Below, in pieces: positions 29,053 to 41,253 of a stretch of 64,000 nt of DNA. Location: the NCBI RefSeq assembly GCF_009914755.1, contig NC_060925.1. The stretch is one strand, 5' to 3'. The position numbers were made by a program, and so were the translations under genes. Under the pieces are notes generated by a model. The model was not told the origin of the DNA. It did no database searches and was given only the letters and a program-made list of their open reading frames with translations. Source of the DNA: the human T2T-CHM13v2.0 reference genome, Homo sapiens. Each line of letters begins with the position of its first letter. Position 1 is the first letter of the stretch.

Positions 29053-29646
29053 AAAAATATGGATCACTTCATGAATTTGCACTTCTCCTTGCAGGGGTCA
29101 TGCTAATCTTCTCCATCATTTCCACTTTAGGATATTGCCACGGTTTCTACGGGACTGAACAAAGGGGGACCCACACAGGAATGAAAACTTAAAACAAAAG
29201 TAAGTATTTTAAAGGAAGGGGCCAGGGGAAGAAGAAGAGCACTCGCAGCTTCCAGTGAGCATGAACAGCACCTGAGCTTCCACAGCCCTTCCTATTTGTT
29301 GAGTAGAATGAGCAGGGAGGAGGAGGTAATGATTGCTCAGCTGCTTAATTGATCACAGGTTCATATTATTACTAAGAGGCTTCAGATGTGCCCTGTAGAT
29401 AATCACAAGAAACACTTGTGCCTGGGTCGTGACTGCCTCAGCATTCCTTCTGGGCGGTAGACGCGGTTTGTCAGTTTACCAGTTTGCCAACGTTCTGCTT
29501 TTCTGAGAACAGTTTGCTGTTTACTCATATACCCTCCAGTGGTATACTGAGTTGATCACAACCCTCACTTTCTGCAGCAGCCACTAAGGAAGGCGCAGAG
29601 GGACTTCCTTTCGGCCCGAAACAGTATCTGTGCTGCCAAAGTGAGT
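29053..29646 (-). pseudogene. U6 snRNA retropseudogene split by an LTR (29053-29135 and 29624-29646)
   Basis: The reverse complement matches U6 (aaaaatatgg...gaatttgc...gcaggggtcatgctaatcttctc... / tgtgctgccaaagtgag). It has an A-rich tail and a TSD-like ggaattt(t)aa on both sides. Confidence 0.92.
29136..29623 (-). mobile_element. LTR3 (HERV-K3/HML-6) solo LTR
   Basis: The minus strand reads gtgagggttgtgatcaactcagtataccactggagggtatatgagtaaacagcaaactgttctc, as recalled for LTR3. TG..CA ends and a degenerate 6-bp TSD ggatat/gtatct (U6 has gtatat here). Confidence 0.8.
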
Positions 29647-29843
29647 ATGGAATTTTAAATTTTCATTCTTAATCTCTTCCTTCACCCACTGGTCATTCAG
29701 GAGCATGTTGTTTAATTTCCACGTATTTGTATAGTTTCAAGTGTTCCTCTTGTTATTGCTTTCTAGTTTTGTTGCACTGTGGTCAGATAAGATACCTGGT
29801 ATGATTTTGATTTTTAAAACATTGTAGAGACATGTTTTGTGTC

Positions 29844-31052
29844 TTTTTTTTTTTTTTTTTTTTTTTTTAGTATTTGTTGATCATTCTTGGGTGTTTCGCG
29901 GAGACGGGGATGTGGCAGGGTCATAGGATAATAGTGGAGGGAAGGTCAGCAGATAAACACGTGAACAAAGGTCTCTGGTTTTCCTAGGCAGAGGTCCCTG
30001 TGGCCTTTGGCCCTGTTTGTGTCCCTGGGTACTTGAGATTAGGGAGTGGTGATGACTCTTAAGGAGCATGCTGCCTTCAAGCATGTGTTTAACAAAGCAC
30101 ATCTTGCACCGCCCTTAATCCATTTAATGCTGAGTGGACACAGCACATGTTTCAGAGAGCACGGGGTTGCGGGTAAGGTTATAGATTAACAGCATCCCAA
30201 GGCAGAAGAATTTTTCTTAGTACAGAACAAAATGGAGTCTCTTATGTCTACTTCTTTCTACACAGACACAGTAACAATCTGATCTCTCTTTCTTTTCCCC
30301 ACATTTCTCCCTTTTCTTTTCTCCCCCTTTTCTTTTTGACAAAACTGCCATCGTCATACTGGCCCGTTCTCGATGGTCGCTGTCTCTTTGGAGCTGTTGG
30401 GTACACCTGCAGAAAGGCTGTCACTTCACACTTGGAAGATTGCACAGCGGCCAGGCAGAGGCGCTCCTCACTTCCCAGACGGGGTGGCGGCGGGGCAGAG
30501 GCGCTCCTCGCATCCCAGACGGGGCAGCCGGGCAGAGGTGCCCCTCACTTCCCAGACGGGGCAGCCGGGCAGAGGCCCCCCTCACTTCCCAGACGGGGCG
30601 GCCAGGCAGAGGCGCTCCTCACTTCCCAGACGGGGTGGCGGCCGGGCAGAGGCTGTAATCTTAACACTTTGGGAGGCCAAGGCAGGTGGCTGGGAGGTGG
30701 AGGTTGTAGCGAGCCGAGATCACGCCACTGTACTCCAGCCTGGGCAACACTGAGCACTGAGTGAGGAGACTCCGTCTGCAATCCCAGCACCTTGGGAGGC
30801 CGAGGCGGGCAGACCACTCGAGGTCAGGAGCTGGAGACCAGCCCGGTCAACACCGCGAAACCCCGTCTCCACCAAAAATACAAAAACCAGTCAGGCGTGG
30901 CGGCGCGTGCCTGCAATCCCAGGCACTTGGCAGGCCGAGGCAGGAGAATCACGGGAGCCCGAGGCAGGGAGGTTGCAGCGAGCTGAGATCAGGGCAGTAC
31001 AGTCCAGCCTCGGCAACAGAGGGAGACCAAAGAAAGAAAGAGGGGGAGGGGG
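29844..31052 (-). mobile_element. SVA_A-type retrotransposon: short hexamer remnant, Alu-like domain, ~5 VNTR units, SINE-R and poly(A)
   Basis: T25 at 29844-29868, SINE-R at ~29869-30445 (including cacctgcagaaaggctgtcacttcacacttggaagattgcac), VNTR ggcagaggcgctcctcacttcccagacgggg at ~30447-30652, Alu-like region to ~31030, then agggggaggggg. Confidence 0.95.
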
Positions 31053-31194
31053 AGTTTTTGTATTTTTAGTAGAGAGGGGGTTTCACTATGTTGGCCAGGC
31101 TTGTCTTGAACTCCCGACCTCAGGTGATCCGCCTGCCTCAGCCTCCCAAAGTGCTGGGATTACAGACGTGAGCCACTGGGCCCAGCCTAGAAAT

Positions 31195-31610
31195 TCTATT
31201 TTATTGTATATATTTAAGGCACGCAGCATGACGTTACAGGATACATACAGACAGTAAAATGGTTGCCATCGTGAGGCAAATTAACACATCTACCATCTCA
31301 GATAATTACACCTAATTTTTTGTGTGTGGCAAGAGCAGCTAAAATCTACTCATTTAGCAGGAATCCCACATACCATACAATTTTAACTGTAGCCCTCATC
31401 TTGTGCCATAGATCTCTAGACTCTCTCATCCTAGTAGCTGCTACTTTGTATCCTCTGACCTAAGTGTCCCTATTTCCTCCTCACTACCCTGTCCACTGTT
31501 TTATTCTCTGTCTCTGTGTATTTGACTTTTTTTAAAAAGAAAGATCCCACTTAGAAGTAAAATCATGCAGTATTTTTCTTTCTGTGGCTGGCTTATTTTA
31601 CTTAGCGTAA
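31195..31610 (-). mobile_element. L1MA-like 3' end
   Basis: ttttattgtatatatttaagg...atcatgcagtatttttctttctgtggctggcttattttacttagc. Confidence 0.85.
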
Positions 31611-32334
31611 TCCTTAGCGTATACTTTCTCTCTTCTCTTTACTGCCTCTCCTGTGAAGAAAGGCCTCCTGTAACTTGCAGTAAAAGATTTTAAGAGTATC
31701 ATTAAGAAAATTTGTTATTGCCTCCAAAAAGTTTAGGATATCAGGGTAGTAAGACTCCTAGAACTATAAAAGGTTGATTTCTTATTCTATTTTACTAAAG
31801 GTTATTCAAATAATTAAAGTAGCTGGGAAGAAGTTTTTGGTGAAAAACCCCAATTCACTTATCTCCTGTAGATAATAGTTTTGTCATTTCCCTTAAAACG
31901 TTACAGAACTCATTCAATACATTCCAATTGCTTTTTCTTCCTAGCAAGATATCATAACACTGGCTTTTTTTTTTTGGATGGGAACCCCTTTGATGATCAC
32001 CCTGTGTACACTTTTCATTTAGAAAATAATTCATTGAAAACATTTTCTAGGGTCAGGCCCAGCGCTGCTCTTCTTTCTGTGTTCTTATACTAGGAGAATT
32101 TGCCAACTCCCCAAATTTCAAATTCCATGGCCGCCTAAGAATATGATCCTAACCTTCATATTTTAGATAATTTGCACTTTTATGTAATTTTTTTCTCCAT
32201 AGGATCAATATGTGTAAAATGAGACAATATTCTTCCTTGATCAGTGGGGATTACAAAATGATAAATTGTGATTCTTAATGAGAACATTGATTGAAACCTT
32301 TTAGTAAAGATATTTATTAAAAATATTTACTCCT

Positions 32335-32630
32335 GGCTGGGTGCAGTGGCTCATACCTGCAATGCCAATACTCTGGGACACCTGGGTGAGGGGATCACTT
32401 GAGGCCATGGAGTTCCAGACCATCATGATGAGACCCTGTCTCTACAAAATAAAGATAAAAATAATTAGCCAGGCATGGTGGAGTGTGCCTGTAGTCCTAA
32501 CTACATGGGAGGCTGAGGCAGGAGAAGCACTTGAGCCCAGGAGTTCTATGATCACACCACTGCACTTCAGTCTGGGCAAGAGAATGAGACCCTATCTCTA
32601 AAATAAAGAAAATAAGATACAATAAAATAA
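32335..32630 (+). mobile_element. AluJ (degenerate, with deletions)
   Basis: Alu dimer with TSD core tatttactcct. Confidence 0.9.
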
Positions 32631-34364
32631 AACTATTTACTCCTATAACAAAGGATAATTTTGTTACATGTGGACAGCGGGAAGGTCTGAAATAAGTTAG
32701 TACTGAGGTTTGGCTGTGTAACCCCCAGTCTCCTGTACCCTGAAGCTGTATCAGGTCCACACCCTACTGAATGCAGCCTGTGTGAAGTGGGTTTGCCAGG
32801 GTGAGAAGTAGCATCGTGTTACCAAACCACCTTTTAGAATAAAATGCTCCAATATTAGGTAGAGAGACTGCTTAGAAAGTCAGAGCATTTTTCCCAAGGT
32901 TACTTCTCTATTATTAGAAAATAAAAAATTTAAAAAAAAACTCTTGCACATTTGCACCAGATTGAAAGTTAATAGAAAGTTCATCCTCCAGACGTCTCTT
33001 TAGGTGAATCTGCCATATATGCTCCAAATTAGATTCTCTCTTCAATTTCCTTGTCTCTTCTAAGGATATTACCATTTTTCCAATTACTTTCACTCAAAAC
33101 CTTGGAGTTCTCTGTGACAGATCTCTCTCCTTTACTCACTCTGTCAAAAATTAAAAATTTCTTGCAATTCCCCCTGACACCTTCCAAATCCCAGCCTGCA
33201 ATGATTCATTTTCATGCCACTCAGCAAACCACTTGACTGGATTTCAAGAATGTTGTTCCCACACCACAATTCTTCTCTAATTATGGCACCAAATAAGAAT
33301 CTCTCAAGGAACATGTCACTCCTCGGCTGAAAAATCCAAATTGTGTCTCTGTAACATTTTGAAAACAAAACCCTCCTTTCAGAGGTCCACATGTTGTCCC
33401 TTGGTCCTTATTTTCCATCTTATTTCTCACTGTTTTCCAAAGTGAATATGAGGTCATATCACTCTGATATGACCACTATCTTTATTCTCCTTGAATTCAT
33501 CGTTTTCTCTTTTTCATTAAATTCACTTACTCTGATTTTATCTCATTTCACATTTGAAGCTTAGACAACTAGCCAGGTTTTCAACAGTCTCTCATGGCTT
33601 CCAACTCTGATATTAACCCCAGCCTGGCTCTCAATAGGCATTAAATTATACCCTTAAGATAGTGCTAGTATTAAGATAGTGAAGATATTAAGATAGTGAA
33701 AAGGTTGCCTGAGCACATGTACTTTAACCTGGGATCCGCTGGATTCTGGAGGTTTCAGACCCTTGTATCTTACTTGCTGGTGACCTTCCTCTTGAGCCCT
33801 ATCCGTTGTTTCTGAAACCGCAGCCTGTTCCTTCTCTTTACTAAATTTGATCACATCTAAAAATAAAATTCCTTTGAGTTCCTCCTTCTCATCCCAGCTT
33901 CTGAGCCTAATCTAGAAACATGATTTTACCCTACAACTGTGTCTGATGTGAACTATTTTGGGCATAATTAGTCAATAGGACGGTATGATTGTTTTCCTGT
34001 AACCGACCTAGGCTGAAGTCTTTTGAACAAACTGGATACATTGAAAACAAGACAAAACAAAACCCTAATATATTAGTTAAAGTCTGAAGCAACACATCAA
34101 AATGAGATGAAGTCAGATTAAGTGTGGTTTCCTAATTCAATTTAGATACTAAGTCCAAGGCTAAAATTTAAGACTGAAATCTTGGTATAATTCCTTTAAC
34201 ATAAATCTTGTACATTGGTAAACTCTTTGCTTTTTGTGTTTGTTTTTGAAAGCAAGAAGCGTCCATTTTCCATGTATATGTCTTCGTAAGTTCCAGCACA
34301 GAGTGTACTACCTTTTCACTATTTTATATTTTTATATTATTTATCTAAGATGGATGTTGTTAAT

Positions 34365-34585
34365 CTGTAGCTTGCAAACAAATTCTGACTATCTGATTGT
34401 TTTTGTAAATAAATTTTATTGGAACACAGCCATACCCATTTAATTACATATTATTGTTTACATATTGTCTGTGGCTGCTTACCCTGGATTGCACAGTTGA
34501 GTAGATGTGACAGAGCTGATGTGGTTGCAAAGTCTAAAATTTTTTCCATCTAGTTCTTTAGAGAAAAGTTTGTCTACCCCAGATT
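34365..34585. mobile_element. MER58A-like
   Basis: gtttttgtaaataaattttattggaacacagccatacccatt...ttagagaaaagtttg. Confidence 0.85.
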
Positions 34586-35137
34586 TAAGAAGACACTATG
34601 ACAAAAAGAATCCGTATACCTTTGGCCTTCTGAAATTGAAATGATATGCATCACGAGGCAACAATTTTGAGTTGGCAAGTGTAAAATGAATAACAGTGCA
34701 AATAATCACTTGGGAACCAAGTCAAATCTTTCCTCCTCCATCAGGTTTTCCTTCCTATCCCCACAAAGTTAATTGCCCCCCTCCTTTGTGCTACAACATG
34801 TTGTTGTAACAATGAAAACATTAATGATTGTTGATGTATTTGGCTTCCGAATTAAATTATGATCTTTACAGGGGCAAGGAGCATATTATATTTATCTTGA
34901 CTCACTCTAATGCCTACAGTTGTGGTGTGTATGAGCTCAATAATCTCTCATTGCTAGAAAAGATAAGTGGATGGTTTTTGTAAGTAAGAAATTGCAGTCC
35001 AGTGAAAAACAGCTTTTAGCATTTCTACTTATTTTATTCCCTTGGAATTAATACTTACTTTATTCTCTCAGAACTTTGAGAAATATTCTCAATAAATGGG
35101 CTAACCATGCAGGGTTAGAGATGATGATGCAATCTTA

Positions 35138-35449
35138 CTTTTTAAATTTTTTTTACAGACAAGGTCTTGCTCTGTCACCCAGGCTGAAATGCAGTGGCTT
35201 AATACTAACCCACTGCAGCCTCAAACTCCTGATCTCATGTGATCCTTCTGCCTCAGCCTTCCAAGAAGCTAGGATTATAGGCACACACCACCATGCCTCA
35301 CTAGTTTCATTTTTTTATTTGTAATTTTTTGTAGAGACAAGGTCTTGCTACATTGCCCAGGCTTATCTCGAATTCCTGCCCTAAAGCAATCCTCCTGCTT
35401 CAGCCTCTCAAGGTGCTGGGATTATAGATGTTAGCCACCATGCCTGGCC
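35138..35449 (-). mobile_element. AluJ
   Basis: cactgcagcctcaaactcctg...gcaatcctcctgcttcagcc, with a degenerate TSD. Confidence 0.92.
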
Positions 35450-36074
35450 ATACAACCTTATTTACAGACATTACCTGAAGAGAAGACACAGGTTGAAATC
35501 ACTAACAGTTTTGTAATAAAAGGTTTTAAAAGGCTTGTAGATAACTTCAGTTAATTTAATACAGGATATTGGTAGGATATACCTGTCCTACTTTGAAAAT
35601 AGCAATTTGTCTTTTTGTCAAGCAGGTTGACTGTAAATATCAAAAGCAAATTACTGATTGGGATAAATATTGTTCAAGCCTAATTGTAGAAACCTTATGT
35701 TCTATAAATTGGGCCATGTGTCCAATCCCAGTCACTTTCCATTTGTTTACTTGTCTATTTCTTTATTTATTTAACCATCAAGGATGGATTATGTATCCTA
35801 TATCAGGGACTGGATTATGTGCATTTACTTACAAAATTATCCAAAAACTCTGAGAAGTAAATGTGCTTAGTTTTTGTTTTTAGGATGGAAACCCTTATAA
35901 AATACATAATTTCCTGTAGGTGTAGTGGCTAGAGAGAGATCAGATGTTACTATCATCACGTGGTTTTTGCTATCACTGTCCATCAAGGTAAATTCAGTTA
36001 ATTCATTTAATCCTACTGGAAAGGTACATGTCTCTTACTAGTCCATGCCCATTACTCCTTAAACTGTAAAATCA

Positions 36075-36746
36075 GTATACTATTTTTCTTATCTCTGTTA
36101 TAACAAATTAACACAAATTTAGTTGGTAGAAAAGACACAAATGTATTATCTCACAGTTCTGGTAGGTGGGGATGTTGGATACAGTGTGGCTCAGCAAGGT
36201 CCTTTGCTTGGAATATCATAAGGCCCAAATCAATGTTCCTTGATTCCTACATTCTTCTGGAGGGTCTGGAAATTAATCTGCTTCCAAGCTCATTGAGGTC
36301 ATTGGCCAAATTCAGTTTCTTATTCTGCTAGGTCGAGGTCCCTGTTTCCTTGTGGCTGTTGGCTGGGAGGCCATTTCTCCTGGCTGGCTGCTGACTGGGA
36401 GGCCATCTTCTCCTTAGGGAGGGCTGTGATCCCCTTTATTTGTCTCCTGTCTCTTTAAATGGGCACTGACCAGAAGAGTCCTCATGCTTTGATTTAACTG
36501 TCTAACTTCCTCTTCTGTTGCACCCTTCTTGCCTCCAAAGAGAGAAACATCTTTGTTTTTAAAGGCACATGTGATTAAATTGTGCCCACATGGATAAGTC
36601 ACAAAAACCTCCCTTCCTTAAGGTTCATAGCTTCAGATGACATCTGCAAAGTCCCCTTTGTTATGTAAGGTAACATTTTCACAGGTTCCAGGGATCAGGG
36701 AACATCTTTGGCATGGACATCTTTGGGGGTCATTCTGCCTACCACG
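36075..36746 (-). mobile_element. MLT1 (E/F-like) LTR; another old MLT1 fragment probably follows at ~36780-37100
   Basis: ataacaaattaacacaaatttagt...tattatctcacagttctg...cattctgcctaccac. Confidence 0.8.
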
Positions 36747-38205
36747 TTTGGTAGGATCCCTTTCTTAAAGAATTCTTTAGACTCAGTTATATAAGCTAGA
36801 AATGGCTTGATTGTGCTGTAAGAATAAATGACCTCACAGTCTCATGGAAACATAGTTTATTTCTTGATCATGCTTCATCAAAGTTTGGTTTCTTTTCTGC
36901 TCTGCATCATCTTCTCTCTAGGACCCAAGGTGGCAAAGCTTCCTTTATCTGGAACATTGTTAGTAATCGTGGCCAAGTAAAAAGGGATAAACCTTCTGCC
37001 CAGAAATGACAAGCACACATCGCTTCTCACATGTCATTGGCTGAGGCATGTCACATTTTGCATAATGCCTACCTCCCCCATGAAAGTCAAGGCAAAGAGG
37101 AAAATTTGATATTTTGTGCAAAATAATATAATCTACCCTAAAAAACAAGCTTCTTATCATTGCTAAATCTTCTGTTGAAGACTAGTATTGTCAGGCAACA
37201 CCAATTCCTTACTATTAGGTGAGAATACATAGTGTTACAAAGGAATTTTATTTCTAGTACTGAGACTCTATGTAGAATATTCAGAGTATTCATAGCAAAC
37301 TAGTACCCACGGGATAAAACAATGAAAGAAATAGAAGGAAAGACTTCAGTAAGGACACCAAAGAAGTCAAAAGTTACAGACATGTTGCAAGTACAAACAA
37401 CATGAAAATTATTTTGCTTATATTTTATGAAGTCCTAAATAAAGACACACACAGAAAATACCAAAAAATAATTGAGAAAATGCTGACAATCCTCCAAATT
37501 AAAGACATTTTAAAATGTTAAGGATTAGAGTTGAGTTGTTCTATATGTTATCCAAATAGTCTTCCCATTTTAACTTTTGATATCAAGACAATTGCTCTGA
37601 TCTCAAACAAATACTAGTTTTTCTTTACAGAGAGAAAAAAAAAATCCAAAAGGAGTGACTAACATTTACTTAACACCTCCCGTGAGCCTTGTGAATGGAA
37701 GGAGAAGTTTTTGTTTGCTCCTTCTGCTTTGCACCAAGTCCAGCTGGTATTATTCACACATTATGAGATGATTACCATCAGTTACAGTCCACTTTAGTAG
37801 GGTGGTTGCAAGATTCATACCTATGTGTTTGACAGTAGGTGGCCATGAGAGGAAACCATTGAAGGGAGGAGCTACTGTGTATCTTTGTAATAGTCAATTG
37901 ATGAGAATTCTGCTAGTATGTGGAAGACCTGGTTGTTGTGGAGGTTGCAAAGATAAATACGCAACTGTCCTAGACTTTAAGAAACATTTTTATCTCTACT
38001 ATCTTGAAGTCTTTGGTAGTTCATGTCAATTGAGTTGCTACCATTTTGTGGATCATTGTTGCATATTTATTAACTATTATCTTTTTGTGAACATGCAGGA
38101 AAACCTGGCTCAACTGTCCCCTCTTTTGACATGCTCTCTGCCTCCCTTGTCACTCTGAGTGATGAAGACTCACATCTTCTCTGCTCCTTTAGGACCATTT
38201 ATCAG

Positions 38206-38260
38206 CTGCCTCAGCCTCCCAAAGTGCTGGGATTACAGGCGTGAGCCACCATCCCTGGCC
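38206..38260 (-). mobile_element. Isolated Alu 5' head (55 bp)
   Basis: ctgcctcagcctcccaaagtgctgggattacaggcgtgagccaccatccctggcc. Confidence 0.9.
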
Positions 38261-38667
38261 AGTTGCACCCTTGTTTTAGGCATTCGGCTCTATCTTATGT
38301 AGGTCAATTTCAAAGAGTTAATCATGACCCATACTTAGTACTCCTTTTGATTTGATAGTGCCTCCAGATGTGGGCCACCATCTCTGCAATTCTGCATTAA
38401 TGTGGCATTTGATTCCATAAAAAAGGCAGTTGAATTTAACATTGTTATTGTTGCTATGGCTGTTTTTAAGTACAAGATATTTTGCCAGCACTAGTTGTTG
38501 ATTCCAAGATTGTGCCAGAGAGCTCACACTCTGGGTTGGGCAGGGAGATATCAGTATGTATAACTTCACAAGACAGACAAAGGTGGAAGAACTCACTTGT
38601 TCATGCCTGTTGCTGTGCATGCTCATGCAGTCCATTAGTGGGAATCCTTTTCGAAAGCCTCCCGCAT

Positions 38668-38966
38668 TTCTTTTTGTTTTCATTGAGACGGAGTCTCGCT
38701 CTGTCACCCAGGCTGGAGTACAGTGGCGTGATCTCGGCTCACTGCTAACCTCTTCTGCCAGGTTCAAGTGATTCTCCTGCCTCAGCCTCCCCAGTAGCTG
38801 GGATTACAGGTGCATGTCACCACCCCTGGCTAATTTTTGTATTTTTAGTAGAGACGGAGTTTTGCCATGTTCGCTAGGCTGGTCTCGAACTCCTGACCTC
38901 AAGTGATCTGCCTGCCTCGGACTCCCAAAGTGCTGGGATTACAAGCATAAGCCACCGCGCTCAGCC
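38668..38966 (-). mobile_element. AluS
   Basis: Full dimer. Confidence 0.95.
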
Positions 38967-39369
38967 CCTCCACCTTTTAAAAACAGAAAATTCAATTAGT
39001 CTCCTAAAACATATTTCTAAAGGAGTAAGTTGTAAGTGTAATGTTTAAGGCAAATAAAGTTTAATGCAATTCTAGTAGCAATTTCTGAAGCTCTTTAATT
39101 AGTGGAAATAAGCTAACACTTTTCACTTGGGATAAGGTCCAAGAGTAACTTCTTTAAAGACTAAACAGTGAGAAAATAGTTCATGTATAAAAATAAAATG
39201 TCTGATTACCTATTTTAATTTGGAGTCTGTAAGAAAATCTTGATTGTAAAGGATAATTGCAGCCATAGGTGTATGATAATACTGTCATTTAAAATCATTC
39301 TGATAGGGAAAACTAGGATAATGGATTTGGAATGGTGACAAATCACAGGTCACAAAGTGCTCTGTGTCT

Positions 39370-40480
39370 TTTAATTCATTTTTTTCATTAATTGTTGAGT
39401 GCATATTAAGTCACAGGCACTGTTCTAGGCTCATAATATTAAAAATAATAATAAAATATGGGCCGGGCGTGGTGGCCCACACCTGTAATCCCAGCACTTT
39501 GGGAGGCCGAGGCCAGTGGATCCCCTGAGGTCAGGAGTTTGAGACCAGCCTGACCAACATGGTGAAACCCTGTCTCTACTCAAAATACAAAAATTAGCTG
39601 GGCGTGGTGGCCCATGCCTGTAATCCCAGCTACTCGGGAGGCTGAGGCCCAAGAATTGCTTGAACCTGGGAGGTGGGGGATTGCAGCCTGGGTGACAGAG
39701 TGAGACTTTGTCTTAAAAAAAAACTATAATAATAATAAAATATGGCTGTGTCTTAGAAGATTACACACTGCGGTGGGGGAGCAGGTAAATAATCAAGCAG
39801 TTATAAACCAGCATGGAAAGTGATACAGTGAGGGTGATGAAAAGTCTGGGGATCGGTAGATGGAGCACCACCAATTCCAGGCTGTCCAGATGTGGTCTCT
39901 GGAGCACCAAACAACCAGACAGAAACCTGAAAGAGAGTTGGAGATTGGCAGCCAATGGCATTGGAGAAGGGGGATGGGAGGTGTCCTTGGAGAGGAAGCC
40001 ATTTCAGAACAATGTGACCTTAAACGAACTGCACGTGCACACTGGGGCTGGAAATCCATATAGGAGTTGTATCAGGAAGGGCAAGCCATAACAAGCTTTC
40101 ATGCATGAAGTCGTGAGTCACGGGAAGATTTCAAACAAGAGAATGAAACAATCGGATTTGTGACTTTGACAGATCGCTTTGACAGTTGAGTGAGATAGGA
40201 ATCAGGAAGATAAATTAAGAGGTAATCTCTGTAGCCCAGTAAAGAAACACTAAAATCTTCAACTGAAGTTTCAGCAGTGGAAACAGAGATAAGTGATTTG
40301 TTTAATGAGAATTCACATCACTTGGGCACATAGAGAAAGAATTGAATTTGGAGAAAATGAGCCAAGATTATTCCCAAAATTCTGGCTTGAGCAACTCAGT
40401 GGGTAATATTACTGTTCACCAAATAAAGGCTATGAGAAGAGATGCAAGTTTAGGGGAAGGGAAGAGAGTGTGGGTATGAA
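39370..40480 (-). mobile_element. L2 remnant containing an AluS at 39461-39723 (+)
   Basis: attgttgagtgcatattaagtcacaggcactgttctagg...tctggcttgagcaactcagtggg. The Alu has TSD ataataataaaatatg and a ~30-bp right-arm deletion. Confidence 0.75.
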
Positions 40481-40939
40481 AGTAAGAAATAGATAATTTA
40501 GAATAATTTCACGTGTTTAATCATATTTAATAATTACTTGTCTATAATAGAGTGAATAAGGGTGACTTTCTCACTACATTTAAAATAAAATAATTAATTT
40601 TTATATGGCTCTACTAGTAAAATCGAAGTTGACATGAAATAGTCATGAAATTAGTCAACCATTTAAATCCATGCAACTTTTAAACATTTAAACCCAATGT
40701 TTGTCATGTATACACAAGTGATTCTGAATTGGCATTCATTTTCCATAGCTTTCTAAATAGATGTCGAATTGTGTTTTCACTGAATTATTTAAACTTACTT
40801 GTCTTGTGCAACACCACCACAGTGATTTTCTTGTCCTGCAACACTTATTAGAATTGATGTAGCTCAAAATCAGATTTAATTTTTGTATTTATTGCTGGAT
40901 CTTGCCTGTGGCCATTATTACTAGGATGTTTTATTGGTG

Positions 40940-40940
40940 A

Positions 40941-40971
<31 letters not shown>

Positions 40972-41253
40972 GAGATGGAGTCTCACTCTGTCGCCCAGGC
41001 TGGAATGCAGTGGCACCATCTCGGCTCACTGCAAGCTCCACCTCCGGGGTTCACACCATTTTCCTGCCTCCGCCTCCTGAGTAGCTGGGACTACAGGCGC
41101 CCGCCACCACACCCGGCTAATTTTTTTGTATTTTTATTAGAGACGGGGTTTCACCGTGTTGGCCCGGATGGTCTCAATCTCCTGACCTCGTGATCTTCCT
41201 GCCTCGGCCTCCCAAAGTGCTGGGATTACAGGCTTGAGCCACTGTGCCCGGCC
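40940..41253 (-). mobile_element. AluY-like
   Basis: ctgcaagctccacctcc...ttcacaccatt...ggatggtctcaatctcc, with TSD tttaKtggtgatYttct. Confidence 0.95.

Larger units (their letters stand above)
28995..29843 (-). mobile_element. Old L1 ORF2 fragment (transduced cargo) interrupted by U6 and LTR3
   Basis: cccactggtcattcaggagcatgttgtttaatttccacgtatttgt...gtggtcagataagatac is antisense L1 sequence. Confidence 0.85.
28790..31187 (-). mobile_element. AluS split at its linker (right arm ~28790-28977, left arm ~31053-31187)
   Basis: The right arm ends at ctagtttttgtattttt and the Alu resumes at agtttttgtatttttagtagag...cccagcc. Confidence 0.92.

Noticed and set aside
30336-31257. Cluster of long GC-rich ORFs (up to 142 aa)
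   Set aside because: They are translations of the SVA VNTR and Alu-like domains.
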